From Anaerolineae bacterium (GTDB lineage: Bacteria > Chloroflexota > Anaerolineae > Anaerolineales > UBA4823), in contig JBFYSV010000182.1 of assembly GCA_041301185.1 (NCBI GenBank), forward strand, positions 1,328-65,327: a DNA stretch of 64,000 bases, written 5' to 3'. Positions 62,075 through 64,000 of this stretch are shown piece after piece. The number at the start of each line of letters is the position of its first letter. The first letter of the stretch is position 1. Below the pieces are notes generated by a model that was given only the letters and a program-made list of their open reading frames with translations, searched no databases and had not been told where the DNA came from. The position numbers and the translations under genes are program-made.

Positions 62075-62374
62075 TTATTTGGTTGTGACGATAGCTAAGA
62101 TGTCGCTCTCTTTGAGGATGAGCAGCTTCTTACCTTCGACTTTGATTTCAGTGCCAGCGTATTTGGCGTACAGCACGACATCACCCACGGCAACATCCAT
62201 GGCAATGCGATCACCATCTTCGTCGCGATCGCCAGGACCGATTGCCAGGATAGTGCCTTTTTGCGGTTTTTCCTTGGCGGTTTCCGGAAGCACAATGCCA
62301 CCAGCGGTAATTTCTTCCTGTTCGACAGGCTCTATCACCACGCGGCTTCCCAGGGGTTTCAATGAAATGGACAT
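62075..62374 (-). CDS. groS: Co-chaperonin GroES
   Basis: 99 aa from ATG 62374 (AAGGAGG 5 nt upstream): [46 protein letters not shown]. The ORF-track start 62491 would run through the CIRCE element and the promoter. Confidence 0.95.
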   Translation of the reverse strand: MSISLKPLGSRVVIEPVEQEEITAGGIVLPETAKEKPQKGTILAIGPGDRDEDGDRIAMDVAVGDVVLYAKYAGTEIKVEGKKLLILKESDILAIVTTK

Positions 62375-62424
62375 ACTTACCTCCTTGAAAGGGTTAGATA
62401 TTTGGATGTTCACATGCAGGCAAG

Positions 62425-62451
62425 TTAGCACTCTTCCGCTTTGAGTGCTAA
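62425..62451 (-). promoter_or_regulatory. CIRCE operator (HrcA binding site)
   Basis: A perfect match, TTAGCACTC-N9-GAGTGCTAA, at 62425-62451, between the promoter and the groES start. Confidence 0.9.
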
Positions 62452-62462
62452 CTTGCACACAA

Positions 62463-62491
62463 ATCATACCGACTCTTGAGATAAAAGTCAA
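62463..62491 (-). promoter_or_regulatory. Sigma70-type promoter of groESL
   Basis: On the minus strand: TTGACT (62491-62486), a 17-nt spacer, TATGAT (62468-62463), immediately upstream of CIRCE. Confidence 0.65.
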
Positions 62492-62536
62492 GAGGCAAGA
62501 TGAGATATTAACAAAACTCTGACATTTTTTGAGTGA

Positions 62537-63952
62537 TCAGGGGGTGGCAGGGACAGGGGTGGGCTCTTCCATCAGTTCTGTTGGGAGTGGTGTCTCTTGT
62601 GCAGGGGTGTCGCTATTGAGCTGGTTGCAGATGCCCTCACTATCCGCCACAATGCTCATCAAGATCGGGTCATCCGGGTAGGCAGCCTTGACCTCGTTTA
62701 GCGCCTGGCGTGCTTCGGGGCAGAAATCCTGGTTGGGGCGGCTAAGAAAAGCCAGTACGGTGCCGTATTCCACGTAATAATACGCCACGGTGAGATTGGT
62801 CAGCCCCAGTCCTTTCACCGCCACCTGCCCGACTTCGTTCTCCTCAGCGGTGCAGCCGCGCACAGCGCACTTCAACGCCGGCTGGGCGCCCTCGTAGTTG
62901 CGGGACTTGATATAGATGATGCCAAGCTGCCCGTAGGTGTTGGCGTTGGTGGGGTCAAAGCTTAGGGCGGTCTCGGCGTTGCGGGCGGCGATGAAGAATT
63001 CACCTTGTTGGGTATAGACCTTGGCGATCTCCAGATTGGGGATAGGGTTCGACACGCCAAGCTGCTTGTTGATCTCGGCAGCTTTGGCGTAGTATTCCAG
63101 GGCGCGGTCGAACAGGCGCAAGCTGAGATAGTTGCGCCCAACGTAGACGTACAGGAAAGTCAGGTTGGGACTGATCTCGGAAGCTCGCAAGTATTGCTCG
63201 ATGGCGCTGCGGTACTGGCCCAGGGATTCTAACACGGTGGCGTACACCCGGTGGGCATCCATCGAATTGGGAGCCAGGGTGACAGCCTTGGCCGCGTTTT
63301 GCTCTGCCTGCGACCACTTCTGCTGGTCAAGCAGGACTTCAGCATAGAAAGCCAGCGCCAGGCCGTTTTCCGGGTCCAGCCCGTAAGCGCGCACCGCCTC
63401 GCCTTCTGCCTCCAGCAAAAGCTCCTGGGTACGCTCCGGGCTTACCAGCGGGCTGGAGGCGTACCAGTCCAGCACGAAAGCGCGGATGGCGTGGATGGTG
63501 CTGTCATCGGGGTCCAGCTCGACGGCCTTGTTGATCGATGCCAGCGCCTGCTCCAGGCGGGCCAGCCGGTCAGGGTCGTTGCTGAGCATGGTAGTGGAGT
63601 AGGTCTCGATGCGGGCTTTTTCAGCCCACGCCTGGGCGTTGTTGGGATCGATCTCCAGGGCGCGCTGGTAGGTGTCGATGGCATCCGGGCGAGCCGGGGT
63701 GGGCAATGGCGGGTCAGGGTCATCCAGCTTGCCGGTCTGGAAGTAGGCCTGCGCCTCCAGGATGTAGGAGGACGCCATGCGGGTGGGGGTGGGGGTAGGC
63801 TCGAAGAGGGTCTCGACCTGGCCGCGCTGGATACTCATTAAGAGCCAGACGCCGGCAAAGATCAGGCTGATCCACAGCATGATCCGGTAGGGGTTATAGG
63901 GTACTTTCGCGGGGCGAAAGTGGGGGCGCTTGCCTACAATATTGCGTTCCAT
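62537..63952 (-). CDS. Membrane-anchored TPR-repeat protein with a Pro/Thr-rich C-terminal tail
   Basis: 471 aa. It has an N-terminal TM (IMLWISLIFAGVWLLM) and multiple TPR units (AIDTYQRALEIDPNNAQAW, AINKAVELDPDD, AIEQYLRASEISPN, ALEYYAKAAEIN). The tail reads PTELMEEPTPVPATP. Confidence 0.75.
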   Translation of the reverse strand: MERNIVGKRPHFRPAKVPYNPYRIMLWISLIFAGVWLLMSIQRGQVETLFEPTPTPTRMASSYILEAQAYFQTGKLDDPDPPLPTPARPDAIDTYQRALEIDPNNAQAWAEKARIETYSTTMLSNDPDRLARLEQALASINKAVELDPDDSTIHAIRAFVLDWYASSPLVSPERTQELLLEAEGEAVRAYGLDPENGLALAFYAEVLLDQQKWSQAEQNAAKAVTLAPNSMDAHRVYATVLESLGQYRSAIEQYLRASEISPNLTFLYVYVGRNYLSLRLFDRALEYYAKAAEINKQLGVSNPIPNLEIAKVYTQQGEFFIAARNAETALSFDPTNANTYGQLGIIYIKSRNYEGAQPALKCAVRGCTAEENEVGQVAVKGLGLTNLTVAYYYVEYGTVLAFLSRPNQDFCPEARQALNEVKAAYPDDPILMSIVADSEGICNQLNSDTPAQETPLPTELMEEPTPVPATP

Positions 63953-63958
63953 CTACGC

Positions 63959-64000
63959 TCAGGGGGTGGGAGTGACTTCATCTTCAGGGGTGGGGGCCGG
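63959..64000 (-). CDS. C-terminal 13 codons of another gene ending in a Pro/Thr-rich tail (truncated by the window end)
   Basis: Own translation of the minus strand gives ...PAPTPEDEVTPTP*, with the stop at 63961-63959. It resembles the tail of the adjacent TPR protein. Very little sequence is available. Confidence 0.25.
   Translation of the reverse strand, partial: PAPTPEDEVTPTP

Noticed and set aside
1-64000. Looked for CRISPR arrays, transposases/IS ends, integrases, prophage genes, toxin-antitoxin pairs, restriction-modification or other known defence genes, rRNA and tRNA
   Set aside because: None was recognised. The only repeated sequences are the coding modules of the membrane-protein paralogs, short intergenic palindromes and the CGTAACG promoter repeats.

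Overview
High-GC (about 58-60% by eye), densely coding bacterial chromosomal window with roughly 60 genes. I saw no rRNA, tRNA, CRISPR array, transposase, integrase or phage genes. The gene content (CIRCE-controlled groES-groEL, RNase J, acetogen-style MetFV-Hdr genes, many Pro/Thr-rich TPR proteins) looks like an anaerobic Chloroflexota-type organism, but I cannot verify the taxonomy. The window falls into four blocks. (1) 1-6.3 kb holds small metabolic genes, a large SARP/BTAD-AAA-TPR regulator and a divergent dihaem cytochrome c. (2) 6.7-24 kb is an accessory-looking signalling island. It carries seven polytopic membrane proteins: six share a near-invariant C-terminal module of about 125 aa and have no output domain, and the seventh is fused to a nucleoside hydrolase instead. 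Among them sit a protoglobin/double-Rieske fusion and fabF. A lipoprotein and a PP2C-phosphatase/HATPase plus two-STAS partner-switching module follow the array. A conserved promoter architecture, CGTAACG-N5-CGTAAC(G/A)-N20-TAnnAT, occurs three times in blocks 1 and 2. (3) 26.2-43.8 kb is a minus-strand redox supercluster: NuoEF-like subunit, split Cys-type formate dehydrogenase, HdrA, MvhD, a 1578-aa HdrA with an inserted GltD/NfnB-like module, a second MvhD with an in-frame TGA exactly at a conserved Cys (candidate selenocysteine with a downstream hairpin), GNAT, MetV, MetF and HdrCB. (4) 43.9-64 kb holds housekeeping genes (recO, rplI, RodZ-like, rimO, pcm, rnj, groESL and others). In this block rnj is preceded by a strong promoter, a structured RNA of about 150-190 nt and an intrinsic terminator. 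All calls rest on reading the ORF track and the sequence by eye. Start codons are often uncertain, and all family names are recognition-based, not search-based.
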